Source: Octopus vulgaris (lineage: Eukaryota). Taken from it: a DNA stretch of 248,000 nt. Below the pieces are notes generated by a model. It ran no database searches. It had not been told where the DNA came from and saw only the letters and a program-made list of their open reading frames with translations. Location of the stretch: NCBI GenBank assembly GCA_951406725.2, contig OX597823.1, positions 38,212,001 through 38,460,000 of the forward strand. Direction: 5' to 3'. A program made the position numbers and the translations under genes. Positions 43,850-57,705 of the stretch are shown here, piece after piece (the stretch's first letter is position 1; each line of letters opens with the position of its first letter).

Positions 43850-44818
43850 TGTTAGGTGAATGTATTATTAGTCTTGGTGGTTTGTATAAGATTTTATTGT
43901 TAAAATTTATCTGCAATAAACTGGGTATACTTCTGCAGCCTGACTATCAGTCTGAAGAAGACCAAAGTACTGGGCCAAGGTACCAAGCACTCCTCCCCTA
44001 CCATCGCCATCAACAACTACAAGCTGAAGATAGTCCATGAATTCACCTATCTTGGCTCTACCATTGGTGATGACCTCTCCCTGGACCCTGAGATCAACAG
44101 GTGAATCGGACAAGCATCATCCACATTTGCCAGGCTCACAAAGAGTCTGGGAAAGCAAAAACCGGTTGCAAATATCAAGATTGCTGTCTATAAGGCATGC
44201 ACCCTTAGTACACTACTTTACAACAGTGAGACATGGAACCTCTACTCCAGACAGGAGTGGCGTCTCAACATCTTCCAGCTTTGTAATTTGAGACACATCT
44301 TGGATATCAAGTGGGCAAACCACATCACTAACACCAAAGTTTTCAACTGTGCCAAGATACCCAATACACTCACTCTGCTCCAGCAGTGTCATCTGTGTGT
44401 GTGTGCTTGGTCATGTACATCACATACTGAACGGGAGGAACCAAAAAGGCCTCCTGCATGAGGAATTGACTACCAGCACAAGAGCACAAGGATGACCTCA
44501 TCTTCATTTCAAGGATATCTACAAGAGAAATATGAAGTCAACTGATATGGACGTCCTGGGATGGGAGGAGGTTGCAAATGATTGCCCACACAGGAGATGA
44601 AGAGAGCAGGAAAGAAAAAAAAAAAGACAGGAACTTGCCACCAAAGAAAAGGGCACCTGACAGAAAGAAAAACCAATAGCACTGGCAGAGAGTTCCTTCA
44701 AATGCAATCGCTGTATGCATGACTACCACTCCCATGTGGTGCAGATACTGCACCAACATCAGTAGCTGACACGATTTCTTCGAGTACAGATCCATGGCTT
44801 CTCGAGACCAATGGCTAC

Positions 44819-44850
<32 letters not shown>
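43850..44850 (+). pseudogene. RTE/BovB-like LINE 3' fragment with (TAC)n tail
   Basis: YLGSTIGDDLSLDPEINR, KIAVYKACTLSTLLY.SETW, LRHILDIKW; ends in (cta)n at 44815-44850. Confidence 0.85.
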
Positions 44851-45020
44851 GTATATAAAATATTTTAATAATTTTTTAATACAATTCCTTATAATATTTA
44901 AGTATAAAAATGATAGGATTATTTTTAAACGTTGAATGGCTATGAAGGTCCTTCCAAGTAAAATAGAAATTAAAGGGGTCCATAGGAAAAACATAGTTGG
45001 AAAACACTGGTCTGTTCTGA

Positions 45021-45110
<90 letters not shown>

Positions 45111-45897
45111 ATTAAGTTATATTAAATATACAATAATAATTCTTGATTTATTGAAATTATCTTTGGTTTGGAGATAATAAACTAACAACAAATGGTGATT
45201 GCAACAGATTCTTAATGAGAAGAGATGATCTCAACATTAAAGAATTCTCTGGAATTGATATGTCACTAAGAAGAAGACAGTCTCTCTCTTGCACACAGAT
45301 ATAACACACACATGCACACACACATATGCATGCATACAGATGTACACACACATGACACATATACATGCACATGCAGCACACACACATATGCATGCATATA
45401 GATGCACATACATACACACATACACACATACATACATATGTGAACACACATACACACACACACACACATACCTTATCATCATCATCTTTTTAACATCCAC
45501 TTTTCTATGCTGGCATGAATCAAATAAAATTCATTAAGACAGATTTTCTGCTGTAGAATGCTTTTCCTATCAACAACCCTCATCTGTTTCCAAATAAGGA
45601 AGTATTCCCCCTTGTCATCCATTCAGGAACAGCACACTGGCCAAACATAATTTCACAGAAAATTGCAATCATACTACTTTGTTTGATAGCGATGTTTGTT
45701 TGCAAGACAAAGAGACACAAACACACTCAAGTACAAACATACATTCTTTCAGTTACTGTCTATCAAATCCATTCACAAGGCTTTGGTCAACCCAGGCCAC
45801 TTGCTCAAGTGCTGCACAATGGGACTGAATCTAAAACCACTTGGTTGCAAAGCAAAGTTCTTAACACTCCTTAACTGCACAACAATGCCTGCTCCTA

Positions 45898-45931
<34 letters not shown>

Positions 45932-46754
45932 TATAGTGTGTCCCAAAATTAGAGCAATCAGCTTTTTTCAATTTTGCCAAAGCAAAATATTGCTATATTT
46001 CGGGTCTGAGTGTTGCAATGCAATGGTAAAGGAAGCACTATTATGACACTACCATATTTATTTGATATGACAACTTCGATTTATGAGTCCACACTTGACG
46101 GAAACAGATACACTCCAAAGTCGATCGTTCTGATTGTTTACTGTCTGTTCGATGTCAGATTTCTGTTCATCAGTGAATACCAGGTTGGGCAGCATACCTT
46201 CAGCAATTTGATGCAGGATAAGATGACTTCTCTCCAATTTCATGGCCTTATAAACTTGTATGAGCTCATGACGATTGATCATCTTGTAGGGATAGGTCCT
46301 GAGATCCTCCTTTAGTACTTGATACATCAATGTTCAGCATATTTTTGTTGTGGTAGCCAGTTTTCTGACAGAACGATGAGGATTTTGCCATATCTTTTCT
46401 CTGGTATTTTTGATAAGCTGAGGGGTCCGGACACTTCTTTTTCAGACACATCCAGGCTGAGTAGCAGTGGAACCAGTCTCTTTGAAATTTCTCAACAATT
46501 TTTCAGACTGCTGTTTAGTTAATTTTAAGCTTTTTTGCTATAGCTGTATTACTTTTGCCTTCTTTGTGGAGGGTTATAATTGTATTTTGGTCTATAGCCA
46601 TTATTTAATTTATAAATCTGAACTTATTTAGTTTGAAACAAAAAGAAGATACACTAATATTTTATAATGATGTATAATTTTCATAGCTTATCACATTTAT
46701 TAATAGTTATTAAAGCCCGAAACTTCGGTTGCCTTAATTTCAGGACACTTTGTA
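45932..46754 (-). mobile_element. maT/DD37D-like Tc1-mariner element, internally deleted
   Basis: LVFTDEQKSDIEQTVNNQNDRLW motif; TIRs tatagtgtgtcccaaaattagagcaa / ttgccttaatttcaggacactttgtata. Confidence 0.75.
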
Positions 46755-47190
46755 TATGCATACACACATATGCTCAAACAAATAAATAGTATATATATAT
46801 ATATATATATATATAGATGTTTTCAATCTAGTTTGGATTCTTTGCCATCAAATTTGAATTCTTTGCAATCAAATTTGAATTTTTCAATTGGTACTCAAGC
46901 CTTGAAAAAAAAACAGAGTTAAACTACATCAGCCGTAAGGGAATACATGTCTATCTTATCTAACTCGTCCAGTGGAGCCCACTGTTGCTCAAACTTCAAT
47001 CTAACCCTGAGCTTATATATATATATGTGTGTATGTGTGTGTGTGTGGCTGTGCTTTCCAACCACATGGTTCTGGGATCTCTCCCACTGTGTGGAATCAT
47101 GGACAAATGTCTTTTACTATAGCTTCAGGCTGACCAAAGCCTTGTGAGTGGATTTGGTTGACGAAAACTAAAAGAAGCCTATTGTATATA

Positions 47191-47246
<56 letters not shown>

Positions 47247-47448
47247 GTGTTTGTGTTAGCCCCACACCCCCACTTTACAACTTGTGTTGGTTTGTTTATA
47301 TTCACATAACTTAGCAGTTCAGCAAAAAAGAGTGATATAATGAGTACCTAGCTTAAAAAAATAAGTCCTGCAGTTGATACATTTGACTAAAATTCTTCAA
47401 GGCTGTGCATTAGCATGGTCACTCTCTGATGACTGAAACAAGGAAAAC

Positions 47449-47512
<64 letters not shown>

Positions 47513-47660
47513 ATAAATAAATACATACATACATACATACATACATACATACATACATACAAATATATGTACATGTACATACATACATATACATATATGC
47601 GTATGTGTGTGTGTTTTTGTGCATGTATCAATAAAACTGTACATTATATAGTTACATCCA

Positions 47661-47714
<54 letters not shown>

Positions 47715-50700
47715 CCAACATTTATTACCATTCCTGCACTACCCACATAGAATTCTAACCATTCTAGGTTCTAATTACATCTGTTACATAATTCATAGAT
47801 CTTCAGATTTTATTTCCCTAAGAAATCTTGAAAGTGCTATAATGTTCCCACCATTTTGATCTCGGCTGTTTACAAGATTCATTATATAACATCCATTCTA
47901 ATCAATCTCTTTCTTTCTTTCTTTCTTTCTTCTTACTTTCTTCTTTCTTTCTTCCTTTCTTTCTTCTCTTCCTACTCCTTCTTTTTCTTCTTTCATGATA
48001 AGTGAGAACCATCCAGAAATCAATACTAATGTAAACAATTTTCATGGACAGTTTAACTAAATCTAATATTTAATTAAGTCATGTCATACTGTTCTGCCTA
48101 TTAAGATGTCAGCTTCCATGATGGAAAGATATCAAGTTCCATCTTAGTTTACAGCAGTAAACTGGGATTATACTCAGTAAGTGGGTGTCAGAATATTTAA
48201 ACATGGGGTTTTGAAAACCTTAAGTAGAATGATGTATGTGAGTAGAAAAAATATGTAAAAGTTACTGGATTTTAATATTGATTTCAAATTTTGGCACAAG
48301 GTCAGCAATTTCAGGGGAGGGGGTAAGTTGATAACATTGACCCCAGTATTCAACTGGTACTTATTTTATCAACCCTGAAAGGATAAAAGGTAAAGTTTGA
48401 GCTCAAAACATAAAGATGGACGAAACACTGCTAAGTATTTTGCTCGGCTTGCTAACAATTCAGCCAGTTCGCCATCTTAACTGGATTCTAATCATTTTTG
48501 TTTTCAAGCAAATATGGAAAATACTGCTAACAAACTTGTATCCAATCCAGCCAGGTCACACACCAATCACTATGCTCAGTTCTTCTTTTCCCGAATGTGG
48601 CACATAAAAAGCACCATCCGATCGTGGCTGTTGCCAGCCTCGCCTGGCCTCTGTGCCGGTGGCATGTAAAAAGCTCCATCCGATCGTGGCTGTTTGCCTG
48701 CCTCGTCTGGCACCTGTGCCGGTGGCACATAAAAAGCACCCACTACACTCATGGAGTGGTTGGCGTTAGGAAGGGCATCCAGCCGTAGAAACATTGCCAG
48801 ATCAGACTGGGCCTGTGCAGCCTTCTGGCTTCCCAGACCCCAGTTGAACCGTCCAACCCATGCCAGCATGGAAAGCGAATGCTAAACGATGATGATGATG
48901 ATGATGATGAATTCTCTCCTTGCTTATATCTACTCTGCAGGGGTTGGCTCTGAGTTACACTAAAAAGCATTTGTTTAAAGTACTGTGCAGTGAAATTGAA
49001 CCCCTAGTCACTTGATTGGAAAGCAAACCACCAAACAACAAAATCCTCATTCCTATACTCCAATAAAGAACTGGGAACATAATCCAATTTTTCTAGCCCT
49101 GAGCAAACACTACTTCTCAGTCCTGTTATTGCATAGTTCACCCAACTACAGTGAAAAATTAATATTTTCTGTAAGAATTTCATTTCTGAATAACAAAGAC
49201 GAATTATTGTTAGACACATTGGAGGTTTCCACACAATTAATCTCAGTTGATGTAGTTCTGTTTTTCCATTACATTGCTCTAATAGCTATATCATCATCAT
49301 CATTATTATCGTCAACATTCTCCTTTCCCTCCTTCCTTCCCACTCCACCTCCTCCTCCTCCGTTCTCTTCCTCTCCCCTCCTCCTCTTCTTTATCATTAA
49401 CGTCATCGTCATCCTCCCCTCTCCTTCCTCCTCCCCTTTTCCTCTTCCTCCCCCTCTTCCTCCTCATCCTCCTCTTCCTATTGCTTTTCTTCCTCCTGCT
49501 TCTCTTCCTGCTGCTGCTGCTCCTCCTCCTCCTCCTCCTCCTCCCCCTCCTTGTTGTTGACAAACACTATTGGTGACAGTATCATCATCATTGTCGTCGT
49601 TGTCATAATCAATCGTCGTCATCATCATCATCATTTTATGTCCATCTTTTCATGCTGGCAAGGATTGGAAAAGTCTTGTATTGTTCTCACCAATCATTCA
49701 ACAGAGGTTTCTTCTGCAAATTTGTTTTCTGGTGCCATTGTTAAAAATTGTTATTATTACTAAGCAAGAAAAAAGCACACACCATCAAAGAGATGCTGGG
49801 GTATAAATATACAATGCTCAATATACACATCACCACTACCCATATGATATGTGTACACTAGGCATATGCATCACATCTATATGACTACAACATGGTGACC
49901 TTATATCATCAATATAAATAGTGCATTGCCTTGCAGGTGGGGTCCAGTTAGAATTTCTTCAGGACAAAGAAGCCCATCCTACTCAAAAGGTCCCTGAATA
50001 AGGGTTGTTTAAGAATGATGAATGAACACCCATATTTCCAGGGGGGAATTATTCAAACCTCAAAGAATCCTTTTCAACACATAGCTATGATGCTCCCCAA
50101 CTACTCTTGCTCATGATTAGAGATGTACATACCATCAGCCACTAAAGGACATGCTCAGCTGGTTAAGGTCAAACAACTGATAAGCAAATTTTTGGAACTG
50201 AGTAAAATATTTGCTCTCTTTCAATCTGTTTGGATCAGAAGCCATGCCACCACTGTCTGGTACAGCATTATTATTATTTCACATACACACAACAGATTAA
50301 CTGTTGGAAAAGATTTCCTAACATCGGGCTGCAACAAGTAACCTTACATGCCAAGAACCTTCCTAAATATCCTACATGTCCCTAATAACACTGTTTTCTG
50401 GAGCTGCACTAAACTAGGCTTTATGCCTAATTCCTCTATCTATCTATATATCTCTTCAAATCTTTAGGGCTAGTCCCTAATGCATTTATAACAAGAGAGA
50501 TATATTTTATTTGCACTTTCTATAGCCTCTGCAACTCAGTGGCTAGGTTCTGGTACTTTGCTATTTTCTCTATACCTCTCATATTGACTTTCTTATCACT
50601 TGGGACTGTAAAGTCAATTACTTGGCATTTTCTATTCTCTTTGTCCAATACTATATTCTACTCAGTCAGTCTGAATGCAAAAATTCCACAACATCTTTTA

Positions 50701-51004
50701 TTTCTAAAACTTTCTTAGACTTTATTAGGTTCATGTTCATACCATTTATCAGTATAGTAAAATCCTAGCATTCTATGTAAATCCAAATGGATTAATCTCC
50801 CTAGGTTTTCCTGTCTTTTCTTGTATTCTTTCTGTCCCAGCAGCATGCTACATTCATTTACTATATGAGTAACACTTTCCGTTTCTTGATTTACATGACC
50901 AACATTGGGAATCTACCTGATTTTTGTCTATTTTTGCTTTTATTCAATTAGTCCTCAATGCTTAATCTTGTGCTGCTCCTAACAAACTTATTACTATTAT
51001 TTGT

Positions 51005-51530
51005 TGAAAACTCTAGGCTTATTTTGTTGGGCATGATGGACAGTGTCAGCTGTCCACAGCCAGCAGACTAAGGTGACATTTGTTTACTGGTCATGCTTTA
51101 AGAACTCTGTGAAGAATTCTTGCAGTTCCAAGTAATGCTGATTTTTGCAGGTGTTCTACCTTTACACTTGTACCAATCATTTTGAACCATGTTGGTAGTT
51201 GGGTGCTGATACTTCCACGTGCACCAATTACTATTGGTATCATGTCTATTCTCCTCATTGACCACAACTTTTGTATTTTCTACATCAAATTGTCATACTT
51301 GTTCAGTTTTACTTTTTTTTTCTCTTTGATCCTGTTGTCACCGAGATATGCTATGTTGATTATCATGCAAGTTTTTCTTTGTCATTCACCAAAAAAATGT
51401 CCTGTTTCTGATGTCTGGTCAAGTGATTGCATCAAATCATTGCATCACACAGGAATTTTGCAATCTTCATTCTCGGTGACTCCTTCTGGGGTTTTCTCAT
51501 ACCACATCTTTGCTCTTTGTTATCTTGTAT
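51005..51530 (-). pseudogene. R4/Dong-clade LINE C-terminal restriction-like endonuclease fragment
   Basis: Minus strand reads CMIINIAYLGD.RIKEK...KLNKYDNL..IQKLWS..IPIVIGARG...HLQKSALLGTARIL; abuts (ATC)n(ATT)n. Confidence 0.8.
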
Positions 51531-51616
51531 TATTATCATCATCACCATCATCATCATCATCATCATCATCATCACCACCACCATCATCATCATCATCATC
51601 ATCATCATCATATTAC

Positions 51617-51669
<53 letters not shown>

Positions 51670-52671
51670 TATTTTAAAAGGATTGACGTAACTCTTCATG
51701 ACAGTAAATAGACAATACGAAGAGCGTCATGTAATGCAATAGATATTTTATTGGTATGAATGATATTTTGACTACTTGCCTGTCTTTGTCAAGCTCAAAA
51801 TGAAAAGTGATACATAGAAATTCAAAATTATAGAAATTCAAATTCAAAAGTTTGAATGAGGAGATCCTGCATTCCCACTTTCACAGAATGACACCATCAG
51901 TGTTCAATTTTCAATTTTACAACTGGCAAAAAGAAAAAAAAAAAAAGGAAAATCAAAGAAAAAAAAAGAATACAAGTCACAAAATGAGAAACTGACAATT
52001 CTATCAGTTAAAAAACTTAATTGTTTTCGTGCTAATATCAATAGTCAGTTATCATTTCAGGATGCATGCAAATAGGAAGGTCTTACATCAAATATACCAA
52101 TGTGTGCATCACAGCCTGATGATTCATTGCTTCAAAACTTTAAATTGATTAATGAGAGCAATTTATTTCACATAATGGAAGCTATTATTCAACACCATTG
52201 TCAAAATTAATATCACTTGGTGCAGACATTACGAAGAATTTGAGTGTCCTTGAACAGGTATGTTCTAAAAATCGTTTCAGCTATTTCTGTAATTGTCTGA
52301 TGAACTTTGAAAAACTGGAAATTTTGTCCCTGAAGACAAAAAAGAAAAGAAGCTGAAAAGGCTGATTTCCCATTTCTCTGAGACAATGGGCAAAGGAACA
52401 TTTTGGTTGAGAACATTTGCTTTGAAATATGAGAATTCATTTTTACTTTCGGGACAAACTTATTGATGTCAGCTCAAAAATCATAGCAGAAACTTTTCCT
52501 GAAATTCCAAAACAACCAGCCATTTTTTTCTCACATACATTCCACACAGCTCATCATTCATCCATCACACCAGGAGCATCACTTTTCATTTTGAACTCAA
52601 CAAAGACAGGCATGCTGTTGAAATATCGTTCAAAATATCTATTACAATCACATTGTGCTCCTCATATTGTC

Positions 52672-52714
<43 letters not shown>

Positions 52715-53170
52715 TACTTTTAATCTGTATGTTTGTTACAATCATTTGCCGAGACACAACCCTTGTTACAATCACTTGCCAAGACACAGCCCTTGTTATA
52801 ATCACTTGCTGAGACACATCTCTTGATTTCACTTGCTCCGGCTAATTCTATAAGAGTGAACAACAGCCTGTTGTTAAGGTCTCACAGTGTCTCTTTCCAT
52901 GACACTTAACATCCATGTGCCAATCTCAAAATTCCTCAGTAATGCAGGTTTCTGAGAATTGTTCTGCCCCCATGTCAATCCCAATTTCTCCAACAAATTT
53001 CTCAGATCATGTTGGTAATGCTCCCAGTACCCCTACAACTACTGGGATGACAGTCACTTTCTTCATTGCTGATAGTCATAGAACCTTATCTTTTAGTGGC
53101 TTATACTTCTCAATCTTTTCCAGTTCTTTAGCATCAAATCATACAACTCCAAGTATGGCAATATCTATGA
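52715..53170 (-). pseudogene. R4/Dong-clade REL fragment with 3' UTR ending in (TAA)n
   Basis: IIDIAILG...KELEKIEKYKPLKD...VIPVVVGVLGAL; 3' end abuts (ATT)n at 52672-52715. The same junction recurs at 61345. Confidence 0.75.
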
Positions 53171-54299
53171 TCTTGAAGGCGGCGAGCTGGCAGAAACGTT
53201 AGCATGTGGGCGAAATACTTAGCAGTATTTTGTCTGTCTTTACATTCTGAGTTGATAATTGAATGCCAGTTGTGTACTGGGTCGATCTAATCAACTGGCC
53301 CCCACTCTCCACAAAAATTTCGGGCCTTGTGCCATGACTATAAAAGAATATCTATGATCTTGATTTCCTTCATCATTTTTTCAACTACAACAATGTTTAT
53401 ATTATTATTATTTTCATATACACTCAACAGATTAGACTGTTGGAAAAGAAAAAATCCTAACACCAGGCTACAAGTAACCTAAGCACCTGATCTATTCGGA
53501 TTAGGAAATTCCATAAGATTTTGCAGGTCTCTGATTTTACCACTCCCTGTGGTTTGTGCTCAAACCACGTCTTGCCTACTTCTAGACCACACTTTTCACA
53601 CAGTTTCCAATGTAACACTTTCATTACTTTATTGTGTCACCTCAACTTGTACTAGTTTGGGCAAGCTGAGGGCATTCATTCATGATATGGGCAATGGTTT
53701 CATCAACTCTGGTGCAGTGGAAACACTTGCTCATTTCTAAGGTTGACCATCTAATTAGTGGCCAAAGCTTGATCTTGTACTACCAGTACTGTGCTCTCAG
53801 TTTCTTTTATCAGTGCTCATTTCTTTAGCCAGTCCCACCTATGTTTTCCAGCAGCTACATGGGATTGATTGTTTAGTCCCTTGTTGCATAGTGCTACTTC
53901 ATGTCCTTCTTGTACTTCTCGTTTTGTTCTTTTCTTTTTCCCTGATTTCAATCAGCCCTTATTTTTAACTGACCCTAGCAAGGTTTCCTCACATTGGGAT
54001 AGATACTTCAGCAGGTTCCTCTCTTCATGTATAGACTATATCTGTGCCTGCACATGGATGATGGGCTCCATGCATCGTTAGGCACTTTCTTGTCTTCCCA
54101 TCCTACTCTTTTAGTTCATCCTCCATCCACTTCCGAATTCCAGCCCCATACTGAACCACTTCAGCTGCATGCAAGTTTATTGTCAAAATTATGATTTTGT
54201 CATTCAACTTTGAATTCAAAATTTTTCTCAATTGTTGATACTCGTCTTTTCTTTCCTTTCATATTATTATTATCATTCTATGTTTGACTTTTGCTTTAT

Positions 54300-55265
54300 G
54301 TCTGTACAAGTTGGCTCCAAGTCTCACCCAGAGACCTCAAGAGACAACAGGTTGGAAGTTCTGTGCCATATATTTGGGTTTTTTTTTTTTTTTGGTGTTG
54401 TACTAGTGAATGTCTAATACATAAAAATAAAATTAAAAAAAAAAAAAAATAAATAAATAAAAAAGTTCGTTTTAAACCTTGGGATTACATAGAGAGTATT
54501 TTGCGTAGGATATGAGCAGTTCCCATGAGCACTATCTTTTGAATTTCTGCCATTTTGGGGTTTCCTGGTATCTGAGTTAGGTAGCAATCAGTCCCTTTTC
54601 GCTATCATTCCCAGGGCACCTATGACAACAGGTATTGTTTTAGTCTTCAGCTTTCACATTTTGCTGATTTCTATTTCAAGATCTTTATATTTGCTCAGTT
54701 TTTGGTAGGTCTTGACAGATACGTTTATATCGATTGGGACAGTCATTATTAATATTATTATTATTATTATTATTATTATATGAAGACTCACAGCTTATTT
54801 TGCTGGGTATGGTGGACAGTGTCAGCTGTCCACAGCCAGCAGACTAAGGTGACATTTGTTTACTGGTCATGCTTCAAGAACACTGCAGAGAATTCTTCCA
54901 TTTCTAAGCAATGCTGATTTTTGTAGGTGTTCTACCTTCACACTTGCACCAATCTTTTTTCAGCCATGTTGGTAGTTGAGTGCTGATACTTCCAAGTGCA
55001 CCAACTACTATTGATACCACATCTACTCTTTTCATTGATCCCAACCTTCATATTTCCCACTTCAAATTGTCATAGTTGTTTTATTTTTTTCTTCTTGTTT
55101 CACATTGATCCTGTTGTCACCAGGGTGTGCTATGTTGATTATCATACATGTTCTTTCTTTTTTATTCACCACAACAATGTCTGGTCAGATAATTGCACTG
55201 GGTCATTGCATCCCACAGGATTTTGCAATTTTCATTTTCAGTTACTCCTTTTGGATTTTGCTCAT
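54300..55265 (-). pseudogene. Two adjacent R4/Dong-clade REL fragments separated by (TAA)n
   Basis: KYKDLEIEISKMWKLKT(I)PVVIGALG (54560-54745) and a second copy of the 51.0-51.5 kb family (54790-55265). Confidence 0.75.
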
Positions 55266-56555
55266 ACCACGCCTTTGCTCTTTGTAGGCTGTGATTTCCA
55301 CAGAGCTCCCAATGGAGCCATCATCATTGTTATTATCATTGCAGTAATGGAATATGAAGAACAAGCTATAACAAAATCATTCTGCATGCAACTGGATACA
55401 TGTGGGATACCTAGGACTGGTCCTTGATGCAACACCAAAATATCTGGTTTAAGCAAATCAGATCTCAGCTTAGACAGAAAATGAGACAAAATGATTATTA
55501 GATTAATTAATTTTCACCAAAATTGGTTGAATGGGAGTGATTGTGGATATGTAGCATGAGCTATCCCAGCAGCAAAATACCAGCCAACCAGCCTGTTAGC
55601 CAACCAACCAACCAACCAACCAACCAACAAACAAACAAACCAGTAGTTAGCTAAAAACTACTTTAGTGATATATTTCTGCTTTCGTTAGATGGCTGATTG
55701 CCATACTTTTTTTTCCAGAAAATATCAGAACTGATTGGAATGTTTGTCTTTTTGTATCTTATGAAGGGTTAGTTGGCTATGGTGTTAAGGTCTAGTTCTA
55801 TATTCCTAACATCAATTATATTTTTAGACTGGTCTGGTTGTTGATGTCTAGGAATGTGTTGAGGATATGACATTTTTAAAGATCCCTGATTATCAATAGG
55901 CATGGCTACTACATCTGAGGCACTTCTTTCTTTGTTTGAACTGCAGATGGGGCTAGGTCCATAGGTGAGGCACCAAATAGCTGATGTGTCCTCAACTATT
56001 CTTAGCCCCAACCCTATTTACATGCATTTGCGTAACCCCACATCATATTACATCATTTCATATTGTATCATATAGAATTATCCTCAATCTGTTTGTAAAC
56101 CTTTAGTGGTTAAAGAAATCGTCATTCTCATCATCGTCATCATCATCATCATCATCATCATTATAAGGCAGCGAGCTGGCAAAATCATTAGCACACTGAG
56201 CAAAATGCTTGGTGGCGTTTCATCCATCTTCATGTTCTGAGTTCAAACTCTGCTAAAATTGACTTTGTCTGTCATCCTTTCAAGGTTAATAAAATAAATG
56301 TCAGTTGAACGCTGGGGAGAAGAGATGGTGAGGTGGCAGAATTGTAGCACACCAGACAAAATGCTTTGTAACATTTCATCCATCTTTAAATTCTAAGTTC
56401 AAATTCCACCATGGTCTTTCATCCTTTTGGGGTCAATAAAATAAGTACCAATCGAGTACTGGGGTTGATGTAATTGACTTATCTCCTCCCCCAAAGTTGC
56501 TGGTCTTATGTCAAAACTTGAAACCACTATTATTATTATTATTATTATTATTATA

Positions 56556-57655
56556 ATGTTTGGATTTTGCTTTGTGGTTTGTACAAATTGAGTTCAAGTC
56601 TCACCCAGAGACCTTAAGAGACAGTATATTATAAGTTCAAGTGGGCATAATGATTAGGTTGTTGATAGCTGTCATGTTTTGGGGAAGAATGTTGTTTGGT
56701 GAGAGGGATGTGTTTTAATTGTGTACGTTGGGTTCATAAGAATTATTGCTTTCAAAAAATGTTTTTGATGACAAGTGAAAAAGGTTGTTTTGTTGTTTTG
56801 GAATTATATAGACAGTATTTTTTTTGTTTTTTTGTAGGATATGAGCAATTCCTGTGAGTTCTTTCTTTTTAATTTCTTTCATTTTTGGATTCCCTAGGAT
56901 TTGAAACAGGTAACATACTCAACCCCTTTTGTGAATATTCCTAAGGCACTTACAACCTTGGGTATTGTTCTAATCTTGAGTTTCCACATTTTATCAAATT
57001 CTATTTTAAGATCTTTGTACTTGCTCAATTTTTGGTTAGTTTTGACAGATACATTTATATCAGCTGGGACAGTCATATCGATGAGGAGGCATGATTTTCA
57101 TCTGAAATCTTTGAGCATAATGTCTAGCCTATTTGTATCTATTTTTCTGTCAGTTTGAACAAAAAAAAAAATTCCATTGGAGTAAGGTATGATCTTTTTT
57201 CAAGCACTGGAAGTGGTTTGCGCTTCCACCAGTTTCTATAATGGAACAAATCTAGATTCTTGTATATTACCCAGTTAATATACTGTGCAGCTCTGTCATG
57301 CTCGTTGAGATACTCTAAGGATCCAAGAGGGCTAGAAATAGAAACAATGTGATCAATGGTTCCTGACTGTTTTTTACACTCTTAACATGAGCTGCTGCTG
57401 TTCTGTAAGATGTTGGTCTGACAGAATTTTCATTTCTTTCTTTAATTGTTATTGATCAGTATGAACGGGCTATCCCTAAGACCATTGTAAACACTCCAAG
57501 ACCAGTGAGATCAATGAAGTTAATGTTCTCAGCTGTTACACTCATTTAAAACATTTCTCCATATTTAATTAATTCCCAAAGTAAGAAGCACGAATGTTAT
57601 AATCCATCATTTCTGCCTAAACCTATGTAAAAAGATCACCATGATTGGGTATGAG
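56556..57655 (-). pseudogene. R4/Dong-clade LINE 3' fragment
   Basis: ORF 56894-57076 MTVPADINVSVKTNQKLSKYKDLKIEFDKMWKL...VVSALG; 3' end abuts (ATT)n at 56528-56555. Confidence 0.8.
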
Positions 57656-57657
57656 GT

Positions 57658-57705
<48 letters not shown>
